The notes beneath the pieces were generated by a model, which was not told where the DNA came from, made no database searches, and saw only the letters and a program-made list of their open reading frames with translations. Made by a program: the position numbers and the translations under genes. A stretch of 64,000 nucleotides of DNA, from assembly GCF_009914755.1 (NCBI RefSeq), contig NC_060928.1. One strand, written 5' to 3'. The stretch's first letter is position 1, and every line of letters starts with the position of its first letter. Source of the stretch: the human T2T-CHM13v2.0 reference genome, Homo sapiens. Below are positions 39,421 to 53,800 of the stretch, one piece after another.

Positions 39421-40749
39421 AAGGGAAACATTTAAAGGGAGGGGAATATATTAAATGATGTTTACTCACCCAACTTTCTTTGAGTTTCCAGGAGCTGATT
39501 TAGGAGGCAATGCTGCTGCTTTCTTATCAGTAGCTATGGAGTGCAGGTTACTTTTTTCCTCCCAATGTTAATTATCCCCTCTGTACACTTCTGTGGTCTT
39601 GTATATCCTGCTGTTGATAATAGAATGTGCCTGGAGAAAACCAGACCCTTGACTTGGGTCAAAAGGTTAGGAAACAAATCGTCTCCTGTAGTCCTTAAAT
39701 ACCTTTCTTCCTGAAGAGCCCCACTAAAAGTGAAGCTCCTTAGAAATGAAACAACCAAACTGAAAACGGTTCATTAAAGAATTTCAGGTCTCTCCATTGA
39801 CTCTCCTTTTGTAATAGGGCACATACACAGAAGGGAGTGGGTAGAGAGACGTAGCTGGACAACAGCATCCTGGACAGGATCTTTCAGCCCCAACCAGAAT
39901 GGAGTTTGTGATTGTGCTGGAGGAAATACAGTTCACATTTTCAAGAAACCTGATGAGTCAAGTTAAGATTTAAAAGATGCTTGAATGTCTTTTAATAAAA
40001 TACCAGTCCAGGAATGATTTCACATAATCACACTAGTAAGAAAGCAAATAATTTTATTTTAGTCCTGTGTAAAGTTAATCACAGGAATAGAAAATTAGCA
40101 ACAGAAAAACAGAGATAGCCAATTGTTTTCAATTCTTTTGGGAGGGGGCATTTCCCTGTGTATATGATAAAGAGTAAATATACGTGTATGTGCTACATGC
40201 CGACAATTCCAAAGCCAAATAAAATTATTTTTGTATTACTTGCTATTTTAAATCATGAATGTCATTACTTCCCTTCATTATTATGTCTAATTGTAAGTTG
40301 ACTGTACCAGGAAATGAACTACAGTTAATTTAACAGTCAACTAGTGACCAAACTGGAGCTATAAAGAGCAGATTGTTGGCATTAATTAGAGGCTTCTGTT
40401 TGGCTTTTAGATTCTTATCTATTTGACCTTGTGTCTTCTATAATCTGGCTGAAGGTTTTCTGGGTCAGCTGAGAGCTTCTGAGTCACAGCACTTGGAACT
40501 CTGCAGTAGCTTGGTTTCACTGCAGAAATGAACTAACATCAGGATGATAATGCAAAGAATCCCTAACTTTGCCCACAGGTTTTCTCAGCCAGATCCTGAA
40601 TAAGAAGGAAACTTCTCATGTCGTTCTTTCCCTACTACAAAGCATCTCTCTGTTTAAACAGGCTTTTAAGAAACAGCCGGAATTTGAACACAGATTCTGG
40701 GTGCAAAGTTCCCCTGTTACCCCCTACACTATCTCTCACATGAATAGCT

Positions 40750-41450
40750 GATGCTTTGTTATATGAAGTGCCAGACACTGTGCTAAGAGCTCATGAATTA
40801 CCTTTCTCAACCCTTGTAAGTATTTTATAATTTAGATACTATTATTATATAAATACGCCAAAATGTAATGACTCAAACTGGATAGAAGTCTGCTTTTCTC
40901 ATAAGTCTCGTAAATATATGCCTCTGCTCCATCCAGGGACCCAGGATGCTGGGGTGGTTCCTCAGCATGTGTCTTCCATAATTGTTGCAGTTGTTACCAT
41001 CTATAGGCAGGAGAAAGGGGAAAGAGAGCATGAGGAGTGCACCCCCAGGATCCCTGTGTCCTGACCTAATTCCCATTCCTACTCCCTTAGAGATAATTCA
41101 GTCATGGCTGCACCCGGCTGTAAGAGAGACAAGGAAATACAGTCTGGTAGAGCAGGCATGTACTCAGCCATTATTCTACTACTGTGAGAGAAAGGATTTC
41201 AGTGCTGGCACTGGTCGTTTATTTATAGACATTCAGGCTTCTTTGAAATCTTATCTAAACCCATTAGGTCTCTGGGCAACTTTCAGTCTCCACCAGTTAT
41301 CATCTATATTTTACTAATGAGGTAAATTCAATTTCGCAAGTTTGAAAAACTAGCCCAATGTCACATACTTAGTAGAGGCAATGGGATTCAAACCCAGGCA
41401 ATGTGAGGCTAAAAACTGAGCATTTAAATGCCATCTACACTGATCCTCTG
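40750..41450 (-). mobile_element. MIR interrupted by an MLT1-type (MaLR) LTR (~40850-41200)
   Basis: MIR halves 'gtgccagacactgtgctaagagc' and 'gcccaatgtcacatac...gggattcaaacccaggca'; MLT1 phrases 'cagggacccaggatg' and 'catggctgcacc...ggaaatacagtct'. Confidence 0.55.
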
Positions 41451-42129
41451 AATAATTAATTCATTGGCGAGTCACTTTTCTCTAAATGGATATTTGTTGT
41501 GGGATTCTACTTAACTCTGCTGGAAGATTGCGGTAATCAGAAATTTTCCATTATAGTAACGGTGGAGATGAGTCCTGGCGTTCCACATTGTCTGAGTTCA
41601 GGAGGCTAAAAGCCTACAGTGATTATCATGTCTTTGGAAGTGAGGTTTCTGTGGTACAGGTAAAAACCTCAGGATTTTCGTGGTTAGAAGATATTAAGTG
41701 ACAAAGGAAGGTATTACTTTAAGTCATCTCTAATTAGGTGCTTTGGTTTAACACACCCAGTCAAGGATATTTTGAGCTGAAGCTTAAAAAAACCCAAGCT
41801 GCCTCTTTATAAGTCACCATTAATGCGTAGATGAAAGGTATTTTGAACTTGGGGAACTATTGTCCATCAGCTCAACTATGTAGCTCATAATATGACATAC
41901 AATTAGTGATTTTATTTACATTTCTATTAAGAGTGTTTTTTAGAGGAGGGGCAGTTTGGGTGTTACAAAGAGAGAAACAGGAAAAATTTATATGAAAGGT
42001 GAATATTAACTGTATCTAAATAAATGCTATTAATTAATTTTTAGCTCCAAAAATGAATGCTAATTTGTGTAACTCAATAGACGTGTAACCAAAACAAATA
42101 ATTACCCTCCTTAATTTGAGCAAGGGCTG

Positions 42130-42340
42130 CTCTTCCTTAAATACCAGTGATCTGAAATCTGATTTTTCTCAGTGTGAACACTTGGGCAAGTTACTTAATC
42201 CCTTTAACCTCCTTCATCTGTACAATGGAGACACAAACATTTTTTACTTATAGATTTGCTATGAGAATTAAATGGGATAGTTCACGGAACAACATTAGTA
42301 TAGTACATGATAAGCAATGAGTAAATGTTGGGGATTATGG
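42130..42340 (+). mobile_element. MIR SINE
   Basis: 'cttgggcaagttacttaatcc...catctgtacaatggag...gctatgagaattaaatggga'. Confidence 0.65.
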
Positions 42341-44178
42341 CAACTGTCTTCATAGCACATTTGAATTGCTGGTGGAGGTAGGGGTGTGGATAACAAATTC
42401 TGTAAGATTGTGAAAACACAGTAATGTGGAGGGAAGGCTTATCCTCATTTAACAAATTCATTCAAAGGGTTAATCCAGAACTTTGCTAATGCCGGCTGTC
42501 AAAATCTTGTGATGAACTAAAGATTTCAGTTAATGTCTTTTTTAATCTTCCCAGGCAAAAATAATCATCACTTTCCTTTCTGCGACTTCTTTGCTCTTTC
42601 TCCATTCTTCTATCCTTCTACTTAGCACCTTGTGTCACAGGTATTTGTTTGCCTGTTTAGACTCTGCAAACTTCCCTGGTGACCAAGTGACATGTGGAAC
42701 CCTCCAAGACAGGGACCATATTTCCTGTCTCCCTGCACAGTGCCTGGCATAAAGCAGGGTCTCCATAAATGTTTCTTTAACGAGTGCCTAAATGGCCTGG
42801 TGGAGGTTGCTGGCACACTGGAAGAGGAGCCTGGAAGTATGATGTTATATTTTTCTAGTCTGCTAATAATCAAACCTTTTCACACTCAGTTTCTTCATCT
42901 GAGAAATATTCCATCCAGTGTGCTTCCCTTGCAGAGATGCTGTGATAATTAATGAACTCATTGGAAAGGAACGATATTCTCTATCCCTTTGAAGTTTGGT
43001 TTTACAAGAAGATCTTTATATACAAGGCTGTAAAAATTCTGTTCTCCTTCCTGCCCTTTTTTTCCTCAAGCCCAAAGGTCCAGGAGAGATTATCTGCCTA
43101 TGAAACTTCCATTTCATAAATGCCAGTCTCCCCTGTAGTATAACCTGCAGTGTACTCAGCTGGTCAATCCAAGCCCTGAGGCCTTCTCTTTTCACAAATC
43201 AATCTGTGAGCCTGCAGACTGGAAGCCCCTGATAGCTTGAGAGCTGCCAACAAATGGGCTAGGGAAAGCCGTGGTTTATTCACAGATGCTCTTGACCTTC
43301 TGTGTTCTTTTCGAGGTTGCCCACATCTTCACTGAAGAAACCACTCGAGATGGCTTGGCAGGAGCCACGCTCTGTGCCAGGTGTTGGGCCTGGGTAGTGC
43401 ACAGACAGGTGAGTTGTTACATTAGAGAGCCATAAGTCCAACGCAAAGAGGTGTGTGGGGGGTAGGTACAGATCAGGAGGTAGCTCAGGCAAGATGAACC
43501 TGGGGTACAGTTAAGAGGATTGGAAGCCATGTCAGGCAAGGAGATGGTACCTGGGCCAGGTGTGAGGGATGAAAAGGATGGATTAGCTTTGTGAACTTGC
43601 ATTTAGCCTCACCGAGCCTCCATTTCCTCATCTGTAAAATAGGTATAATAACAACAAGGGGGTTAAAAAATAGATAAATAAAATGATTTTGTAAATTATA
43701 AAATGCTTTATAAATATCAATTATTATTTGTATCTTCTAGTTGTCTTCCATAAGCTAAGCAGCCGAAGACATGGCATTTAAGACCAGCCAAAGCTGAGCT
43801 GACATCAGTGCTACCAACATTATGCTCTTCCCTGGGTGTGGTGCACCGAGCCCTCCACAAGGTGAGGATCAGGTACTGGGGTGGGGAGTGGTAAGAAGGC
43901 AGGGGATGGAAGACTTTGGTACAGTCCTTTCATGCTGGCAGCAACCACCCACGGTAGTGTACAGTGGCATACAAACTGGGATGCAAAAGAAAGAATGCAC
44001 TAAGTTTTAGGTAACTGCTAGTATCCATAAAATAACATAATTTAGAGAGCAACAAGATGCTTTTCTACATGTTTGATTGCGACCCCACCTGAGTTGAATT
44101 TCCATAAACTGTTTCATCTCTGCACTCATAAATTTAGGAACGTTACTCATTCCAGTACCAAAAATTCTAGCCTCTTGA

Positions 44179-44552
<374 letters not shown>

Positions 44553-45876
44553 CATCCATTGTCTTGTCAAATCATTTGCCTTTAAACACCCCACCCCAGA
44601 TCAGTCCAGGCTTAAACTCAGTCTTCCGAGTGTTGTTAGGGAAAATCATGCAACTGTGAGATTAGCACTGCTACAAATTCAGGATTTCTAACCTCAGCAG
44701 CTATCTGATGTTCTTCTATAATGGGACAATATTTTAAAATATTATTGGATGTATTTTTCCTTTCTGGTCATTCCTCCTGCCACCCATTGAAGCCAAGGGC
44801 ACCCCTTACTTCAGGGGGAAGACAGTAGTAGCCAGCCAAGAACAAAGGAGTCAGTGTTGAGCTTCTGACTTCCAAAACAGGCCTCTGAAACTCATTTCAG
44901 GGAAAATAGATGTGAAAGCCAAGATTTTCATTTGCAAGATCCAGGCTTTGTTGAGAGAGCAGAGGATTTGTGGGTTCTAAGGAAATAAAATAGAAAACTA
45001 GAGCATAGTTTATAGTGATAACCATAGAGTGGGGAGGATGGATGATGAGCTGTGATGTGTGGCGGTTTCCTGTCAAACCAGAGGGTAACAAGGCAAAGCA
45101 AAACAAAACAGAAACTCTTGCTGGGCTGGAGGACTGTAACTTGATGCGAGAGGCATAGGAACACCAGGACATTGAGAGGTGACTGCGGGTTGAAAACCTT
45201 ACTGAAGTTGGGTACAAGTGAGGAGGCAGCATGGAGATCTCCTGGAAAGATCTGGGAATCCTGGAACTGAAAGAATTGTGTAATCCTTTTCAACTGGGAC
45301 TCTGAAATAAGGCTGTTCCTTACAATGTTCCTGGTAACATGGAGTGACCACAGTCAAGAAAACAAAAGAAAAAAATGCCATGTTTAGGTAGAGGGAAGCT
45401 CTGATATGGGCTGTGTCCTCCCTAAATCCCTCCACTTGGCATAGAAGATCTCCAGATGTCCCACGTGCCCCTGCAGGGAAGATGGCGTGCAGAGGGACTC
45501 TGGGATGTAGAGAACACTCTTTGCCAATGCTCTTGTGTCCCTCGTGAGGACTCCTCCTCCTCTTTCTGTTCTTCCAATGCTGATGCTTTCTCCACACCAG
45601 CACTCTTCTGGCCTTACATGTAGCTCATATTTTACATGGATCGTCCTCAAATTTGTGTCTTTGAGTCTAAAGAACAGATGCTGCTTCATACTTTTACCTC
45701 TAGAGCTTGGTTCATAATTGAATTTCAGAGTATATTTATCAGGTGAATGAATTAACTTTTGTGCATCCTGCACGGAATTGAAATCTTCCAGCATCTTTGC
45801 CACTTTAAGATGATATAATGCCATATCTTTGGCCGGCAAATAAATATTTACAGGATACTTCCAAGTGGAATCTTAG

Positions 45877-46236
<360 letters not shown>

Positions 46237-47578
46237 AGTTCCATATTTTAGATAATTAGTATATTTGCCACTTGGCAGAGAAAATTTAGAAATGAACAAT
46301 CTAATACTTTGGAGTAATACAATGTAACCCAAAGGTCACTTAGCCTAAAGCCTCCACCCTGCGATAGCAGGTTTCTAAGCCCTTCCTCAAAGTGTCCATA
46401 GGTTGCTTGCAGAAATCCCTAGATGGATGCGTTACTTGTGTCCATGAATCAGACTGTCTGCTACTGTCATCATATGGTACCCACTCCACTCTTCTCTTGC
46501 TTTGGTTCCAAACTGTGATGTCTGCTGGCCATGAAGCCACTTTGAAAAATGTTGCTTCTGCCCATTATGTGAACAGTAATGCCCATGAAAAAAGCCATGA
46601 AGCTTTCCGTCTTTGGCATATTAAAGTAATACTAGCTTCTATGCAGAAGCTGAGAAAATAACTTTCTCCATAATTTTGGGCCACATTTTATCACATAGCT
46701 CCTAAGCTCATGGTCTCACAGTTCTGTAAGCTTCTGTTTATCCCCTTTCATAAAAAAGAACTTCATGGAAAAAAGTTGGGAAACGAATACTTCACCATTC
46801 CCTTCAAACTCCTCTGGGAAAGCCCTCACCAAAACTCCTCTCTTTTTCCAGTTACCAGTCAACAGCAGCCACAAAACTCCAATGCATATTAACAGAAGCA
46901 AAAAATAAGTTTAATGGACCAGGGGAGAGAAGGAAGAAAGGATATTGTCTTCACTAGCAGAATTTAGGTAGCAGTTCTTCCTACCCAAAATGCTGTTTCA
47001 AAATACCTTGTATATGATGAAATATAGCATCATGACTGCTGGAAAAGGAGTTTATTCTTTCCCTAGTAAACATGGGGAAATGGGAGCCAAAAGAGTGAAG
47101 AAGATAAACTGATTAGTAATGACATCTTAAAAGATGCTTTTGTCTTTTAAAACAATATAAAGAATGCAGATCAGAAGGACTCCTGGACATTAATCCACTT
47201 GAAGGTCTACCTGAAGAACTTCCCACTCCTGCTGTACCTTGTACGCTGATTTCTATCACCCCTCGGGAGTTTTGCCACTGACTTCACCTTTATTTTCCCA
47301 TCATAGTGTGCTGTGTCCCTCAGACTTAAGATAGCCTGTTTGTCTTCTGAATAGAGACTTGTCTATGTTGAGCCATACAGCTGCCTCCTCCTTCTGCTTG
47401 ACACAGACCTCCACCAGCTGGACTCAAACTTCAATCACCCCCGAACCAGACCTATCCCTGAAAAACTCTCCTATTCTTGTACTTGGATCCAGTAACTCCC
47501 AGTCTTATACTAAGATCCAGAATAATTCCTTCGGATTATAGTTTTAAACACTGATGCTCAAAAGAAAATAGAATCCTG

Positions 47579-47875
47579 GGCTGAGCATGATGGCTCATAC
47601 ATGTAATCCTAGCAGTTTGAGAGGCTGAGGTGAGAGGATCGCTGGGGGCCAGGAGTTTGAGTCCAGCCTGGGCAACATAGTGAGACTCCATCTCCACAGA
47701 AAATTCAAAAATTAGTTGGGCATAATGGCATGTGTCCATAGTTCTAGCTACTTACGAGTCTGAGGCAGGAGGATCACTTGAGCTCAGGGCTTTGAAGTTA
47801 CAATGAGCTATGATCAGGCCACTGCACTCCAACTTAGGTGACAGAATGAGGTCCTGTGTCTAACAAAAAACAAAT
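47579..47875 (+). mobile_element. AluJ SINE
   Basis: J diagnostics 'ccagcctgggcaacatagtgagac' and 'ggaggatcacttgagc'; TSD 'gaaaatagaatcctg'/'gaaaatagcattctg'. Confidence 0.93.
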
Positions 47876-49528
47876 GAAAATAGCATTCTGAAGATGGATG
47901 GTGGTGATGGTTGCACAACACTGAGCTGTACACTTTAAAATGGTTAAAATGTTGTGTGTGTGTGTGTATGCGTGTATAATGGCAATGATTAAAATAGGTT
48001 CATTCTTTTGATTTGGGAAGTTTAAAATTAAAATTGTGAACATTTACATACTTTCAATGAATTTTTTCCCATAACTGTGTAAGTAATAAGGAAAGAGAAA
48101 AAGAAATAGAAAATAGAAAAGTTTTTGTAAAATTCTTCAAAAATATTAAATGAATTGGGTCAAATTTACATCAAGTACTTTTGCAGTGTGTGCTTGGATA
48201 TGCATAGACAGCTTCTATTTTTCTCATTGTGGGTTTGAGTATTTCTTTCCCTGGTGGAGGTCTATTGCCTCTCAAGAGAGAGAAAAGTTGTGGAAACAAA
48301 ACAAGGCTTTGTGTATCTTTCACAAGGGCTGGTTTGTTTTAGAAGGAATTTCAAGGAAGTTGGGAACCTTAAAACTGTGTTTTGTTTCATAGTAAGTTTT
48401 CTCCTATCACTGAGGTCCCACTTTTAGCAAATGCATATATAATTCTTATTAATGTTGATGAATCTATGAGAAAAGGAGAATTTCAGATTATTTAGAAAAA
48501 TCACAGGGTCCACATGATTCTCAGCTTATTCAAAGGCCTTGTTTCCAGTGGGCCAAATACAAATTCTTCATTTACCACAAACCCCAAAATGTGGGAAGAA
48601 GATAGCTGAGTCAACAGGAAATAAAGGAGACAACTCTCAAACTCTGTGTAGAGAATTAAAATGCTACTGTTCCCACATACAGACATAGACAAGCCCTTGC
48701 TTTTAGGAACTAAGGAGTGCCTTGCTTATGACCAGCTTGGGCAGAGCACAAAGACACCATGGGGCTCACTATTAAAGAAGTTTACTTTTAGTGAAAGAAG
48801 AGTATTAAATGTTACTGCAGCATACTAAGTGCACCAAGTTCTTTGAATTAAGAACACCACTGTTTGGTGTACAGCTTTGTCTTTTCAGAGATAAGAATTC
48901 CATTCAAACTAATGATAATCTCACCTACCAATCAAATAAATAGCCTAACGTTAAAGCTATATCCAAGGCACCAGAAGCCCTTTAACGGCAGCTCACTTAT
49001 CATACCCATGTCTCTGTGAAGGGTTACAGAATTATTATTCCTATAGATTCAGACACCAAACCACAGAAGTTAAATGATTGACCCAAGATCAGCAAAGTTG
49101 GCTTCTCACAGGGCAAAGCAGAGTTGTTATAATTTTTTAAGAGATTTGAACCCATGCCTATGTCATTCCAGTAGACCTTTTTATGGATAATTTAATTCCC
49201 AATTTTGGGAATTAAATTCCATCACTGTTCCAGCAAGGTACTTTTCTGAATCAGACTCTTCTTTTGCTGAGACCCTGCCTGATGCATTTCAGACAGTTTT
49301 GCAAGATGGCAAGGACTCCCGCTTCCCCACCATGACTCACTGGATGTATGCAGCATTCATCCTTTCTTTCTTTAGCTTAACTTTTTAAAATCATGACAAC
49401 CTTTTAGTAACCTAATATGAACTATAACACCTCATCAACAAAGTGTTTGACAGTGTAATCAAGAAGCATAGTGACTTCAGGCAAGGAAGAAGTATAAGAC
49501 AAGGTGAATGCTAAAGAAAAATGACATT

Positions 49529-49856
<328 letters not shown>

Positions 49857-50163
49857 CTATGTGTTATTACAGTAATGTTCTTAGCTGTGAGATGCGCACA
49901 AAGAGAAAAATCCTAGCTAGTAATCCATCAACAAACGTGTTAAGAAAACAGCACATTGTAGTTGGATAACCTGCCTCATGACTGCACTTAAACCAATTAA
50001 TAAGAAGCAGAATCAGTTTAAGGACATTTTTTTCAAACCCATGTATTGAATTGTTTAAGGGGGAATACCCTAGAATGTCATTCAATGATATGGTAAGAGT
50101 TATGCTCCTGAAAAAATCTAGTACCTCGAAAGCTTGATTAGAAGCTATGTATGTTAGGTCTGT

Positions 50164-50210
50164 TGGACTCTAATATTTATCTCTTCCTGGACTCTAATAT
50201 TTATCTCTTC
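50164..50210 (+). repeat. Perfect tandem duplication, 24-bp period
   Basis: 'tggactctaatatttatctcttc' at 50164 and 50188. Confidence 0.95.
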
Positions 50211-51138
50211 ATTCAACAATTATTCATTAAGCTCCTACAATATGTAATATGGATTTACATGGCTTTTGATGTTCCAAAGAGTAATTGATTTTTTAAAAGT
50301 GTTTTGAAAGGAATCCATGATCATCTATTCTATTCCCATGATCCTTTCAAATATTGGTGAAAATGAGCTTACTTCTGTTTCTGCTGGGGCAGGAAGACCT
50401 TTAACCCCAAGGGTAGAGCAGCATTCTGCCAGAAAATTCTAGCTGCCATCCCTAAAGTAAATTAAAATGTATATGTAGTAAATTTCTAGACCCTTCATAT
50501 GTTCTTCCCATTATTCTTGTCAGTAGACACCTGTTGCCCTCCAAGAGCTAGCTGCGTGTGCAATACGCCCATGTGAGTGGGGATTGCTGGCTTAAGCAGG
50601 GATGGAGTCCCCTTAGCCTTCTTTGAAAGACATTAACCTCTGTAGAGCCTTGAGACCTCAGTAGTTGAGATAAACATTTTTCCTAATAAGAGCCCAGAGG
50701 GAATATGTCATATACTTTACTGTTTTCAGGGTTTAAACTCAGTTGCAGGCAGAACTTTTTCTAAAGGTTTCAAAAGAAAGGCAAGCCAACATGTGCAGGC
50801 ATATCGCCAAGCTTCTATAACCTCTCTAGATTGTGGACATTGAGACAGAGAAAAGAAAGCCTGGGAAAGGAGGGATGGAGAGCTGAAAAGACCAGTTCTA
50901 AGCTGACTAGACTTTTCTCCCATGTCTGCATGGTCTGGTTTACCTTGTCACTCTATAGTCAAGTCAGTTAAAAGTTTAATACACAAATGGAAAGAAGTTG
51001 ATGATATTCTAATTTCATTCAATTACCATAGGTGAGGATATTATCTATGCAAAATTGTAGCTCACATTAGGTTTATAAGATAGTGCACACATATAATCCA
51101 TATCTTATTTAAATATCTTAGTCTATAGTCACTAGAAT

Positions 51139-51566
51139 CTTTATTTTTATTTTATTTTAGTTTTAGTTTTTCCAACTTTTATTTTAGGTTCAAGGGGTAC
51201 ATGCACAGGTTTGTTACATGGGTAAATTGTGTGTTGTGGGGGTTTAATGTACAGATAATTTTGTCACCCAGGTAATCAGCATAGTACCCCAATAGGTAGT
51301 TTTCAATCCTCACCTTCCTCCCAAATGCCACCCTCAGGTAGGCCCCAGTGTCTATTACTCCCTTCTTTGTGTCCCTATATACTCAATGTTTAGCTCTCAC
51401 TTATAAGTGAGGACATTTGGTTTTCTGTGATAGTTCACTTAGGATAATGGTCTCCATGTCCATCCATGTTGTTTCAAAGGAGATAATTTTGTTATTTGTT
51501 ATGGCAGCATAGTATTCCATGATGTATATGTACCACATTTTCTTTATCCAGCCTACCACTGATGGG
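51139..51566 (-). mobile_element. L1PA15/16-like 3' end
   Basis: 'ttaggttcaaggggtacatg...tttgtcacccaggtaatcagcatagtaccc...catagtattccatgatgtatatgtaccacattttctttatcca'. Confidence 0.88.
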
Positions 51567-52599
51567 CATGGGAGGTTTAACTGGGCATGGTTTCCTGCCT
51601 TCAAAATCTTACCTTGACTAAGTGTTCCACCAGAAAAAGTGAGGAGTTCGGCAGAGGTAGGAAATAAAAAAGGCACCCCATAAAAGAGAGAAGACCATAG
51701 CATGAGGCAACATGTATGTTTGTAACATCTCAAGAAACATGCGGAAAACAACTTCACATTGATCTGAAATCATGTGCCATGTGTCATAATCTCTCTTTGT
51801 TTCTATAAAATTGCATCGTTAAGGAGTATATTTTGCTTGATTACTCTCTATCAAAGAATGTGGGTTCCATGAAAGGTTGGGTAGACGAATCTCTCTTACT
51901 TTTCCTCCCACACTTTCCCCTCAAATGTTGGATGAAAGGGAGAAAAGAGCTACCAGTCCCTGGTGGAGGCCTCAATTCTGGGAGTGTCCCAGCCCCAATC
52001 TACTCCCTCTGCCTGCCCTCTGGGAGGCTGAGGTGAGGGAGGTGGGTGTACCCACTAGCAAAACGTGATCCCAGGCCTGGGTCCGTTCCTCTGTTTTGCC
52101 TTTGCTTAAAACGTGCGGGAGGGCTCCTTTGAAGGCCAGAGAAAGGCAAGTCCATCATCTGGGAGGAGGAGACACACACATAGGATGTCACCATGCCATA
52201 TCCTTAGTCCCTCGCTGGACTGGGTCAGATTTGGAGGTAAGGCTGTGAAAACATCCAGTCACCCAGTCACTGCCTGGCCTCCGCCAATGTGTCCTGACTC
52301 CAACCCAGTCTAGTAAGCCCCTTTTGGACTCTCACTGCTCTGTCACTCCTGTGTTCACTTCCTATATTTTCACACAGATGTGGCTTAGTGTTTTCTTTCT
52401 AAGGCATATTTTGCATGGAAGAATGCTTCCAGTGAGCTGAGGCCCTAATTGCCAAATAATGGTTGCCAAAACATGTTATTTTGGCTTCAAGCTGGTACAG
52501 AGCTGAGGCATTTTCCCCTCTTAAAAAAAAAAAAAAAATCCATCCTCAGCAGCCCAAGGGCCATTTGCAAACACACAAGACTGAGCCCTCCATGGCTCT

Positions 52600-52870
52600 T
52601 CCTTCAGCTGGTGAGGGTGACTCCTTGTCACTTGAGGCAGCCTCAGTGGACCTCGTCCTTGCACGGGGGAAGCTCCACGGTGGGGCCGCCTCTGGGCTGT
52701 GGGCGCCAGGCTAAACGAAGGTGCTGAGACTTGCCTCCCACCAAGCCCCGCCAAGGGCTGCCTGCTCTGCCACGAGGGGTGTTCCTGCCGCCCCGCGCTG
52801 CAGTGGGAAGTGTCTGCCAGCTAACTGCAAACACAAGCCTACCAGCAAGCACGGGAATTCCAGATAGAGA
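52600..52870. promoter_or_regulatory. Small GC/CpG-enriched unique segment, candidate enhancer or weak promoter
   Basis: Local cluster of retained CpGs and a GC box ('gccgccccgcgc', ~52787) in a CpG-depleted, non-repeat background; too short for a CpG island. Confidence 0.35.
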
Positions 52871-53374
52871 CAAATCTAGGGCCTCAGGGGAAGCTGGATG
52901 GAACTGATCAGTGTGAGAGATATCACCGCTAATTAAGTCCTGATCCCCTGGCTCCACTTGAAACAAACCAAGGAGGGATCAAGTTTTGCGAGCAGGTGCT
53001 AACTGGTTGCAAAAGAGGAGTCCATCACTTCAGCAAAAGGTTTGCCTGTACCTTGGGGAGGACACAGCTTTTCTGAGGAAAGTCATTACTGGACAGAGCC
53101 ATAGGCTCTTATTTTGTCTTAGGACACGGAGGAGCTTGTAAAAAACAAAAAAACACAAAAAACAATCCTCCGCTGTGACAAACAACTGTTTTCCTTTCCT
53201 GTGTTTTCCCCTTGATGGCTGATTTACTTTCTCCTCAGATGGACAATGGAGTAATTTACAGGTCAGTAAACACTTTCCTGGAGATGCCGGAGCAGTTTCA
53301 TTTTGGTACAGACAATATGGGATTTGTTGTGACTCAGAATATCAGTCCAGAGTGGGACTGACACAGCCACCTAC

Positions 53375-53470
53375 CCTGACTGTTTAAGAAAAAACAATTC
53401 TAAGTACAATGCATAAATAAACCTAACAGCAAATACTTACCTGCAGAAAGAAAATCTGAGAGCTCCATGA
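53375..53470 (-). other. Candidate AG|GT composite splice site with a 66-nt exon
   Basis: Minus strand reads ...attttctttctgcag|GTAAGT at 53441/53440; a second donor AGG|GTAGGT at 53375/53374. Confidence 0.35.
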
Positions 53471-53589
53471 GTATTGTGTATGTGTGTGTGAAGAGGGAAA
53501 GTGATGTGTTAAGGAGCTGGACAAATATCCTGTCAAACATCCATGATTTTTTTTATTCTCGGAAATGTTGCCTTGATTCTAGAAATTAT

Positions 53590-53800
53590 GACTTTGAATA
53601 CCTACTAACATGTACTGGGCACTTCTATGTGCCCGGAGCTCTGCCAAGTGTTTTACATTCATTATCTCATTTGACCTTTATGAGGGCCATAGGAAGTAGA
53701 TGTGACTTAGAGATGTTAAATAACACCTCTAGTAAGTGACCCGCCAAAGTTTGGAATGCCACCAGAGTGTGTATTTCTAAACGTGATGCTATCCTGCCTC
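53590..53800 (-). mobile_element. MIR SINE
   Basis: 'actgggcacttctatgtgcccggagctctgccaagtgttttacattcattatctcatt'. Confidence 0.65.
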
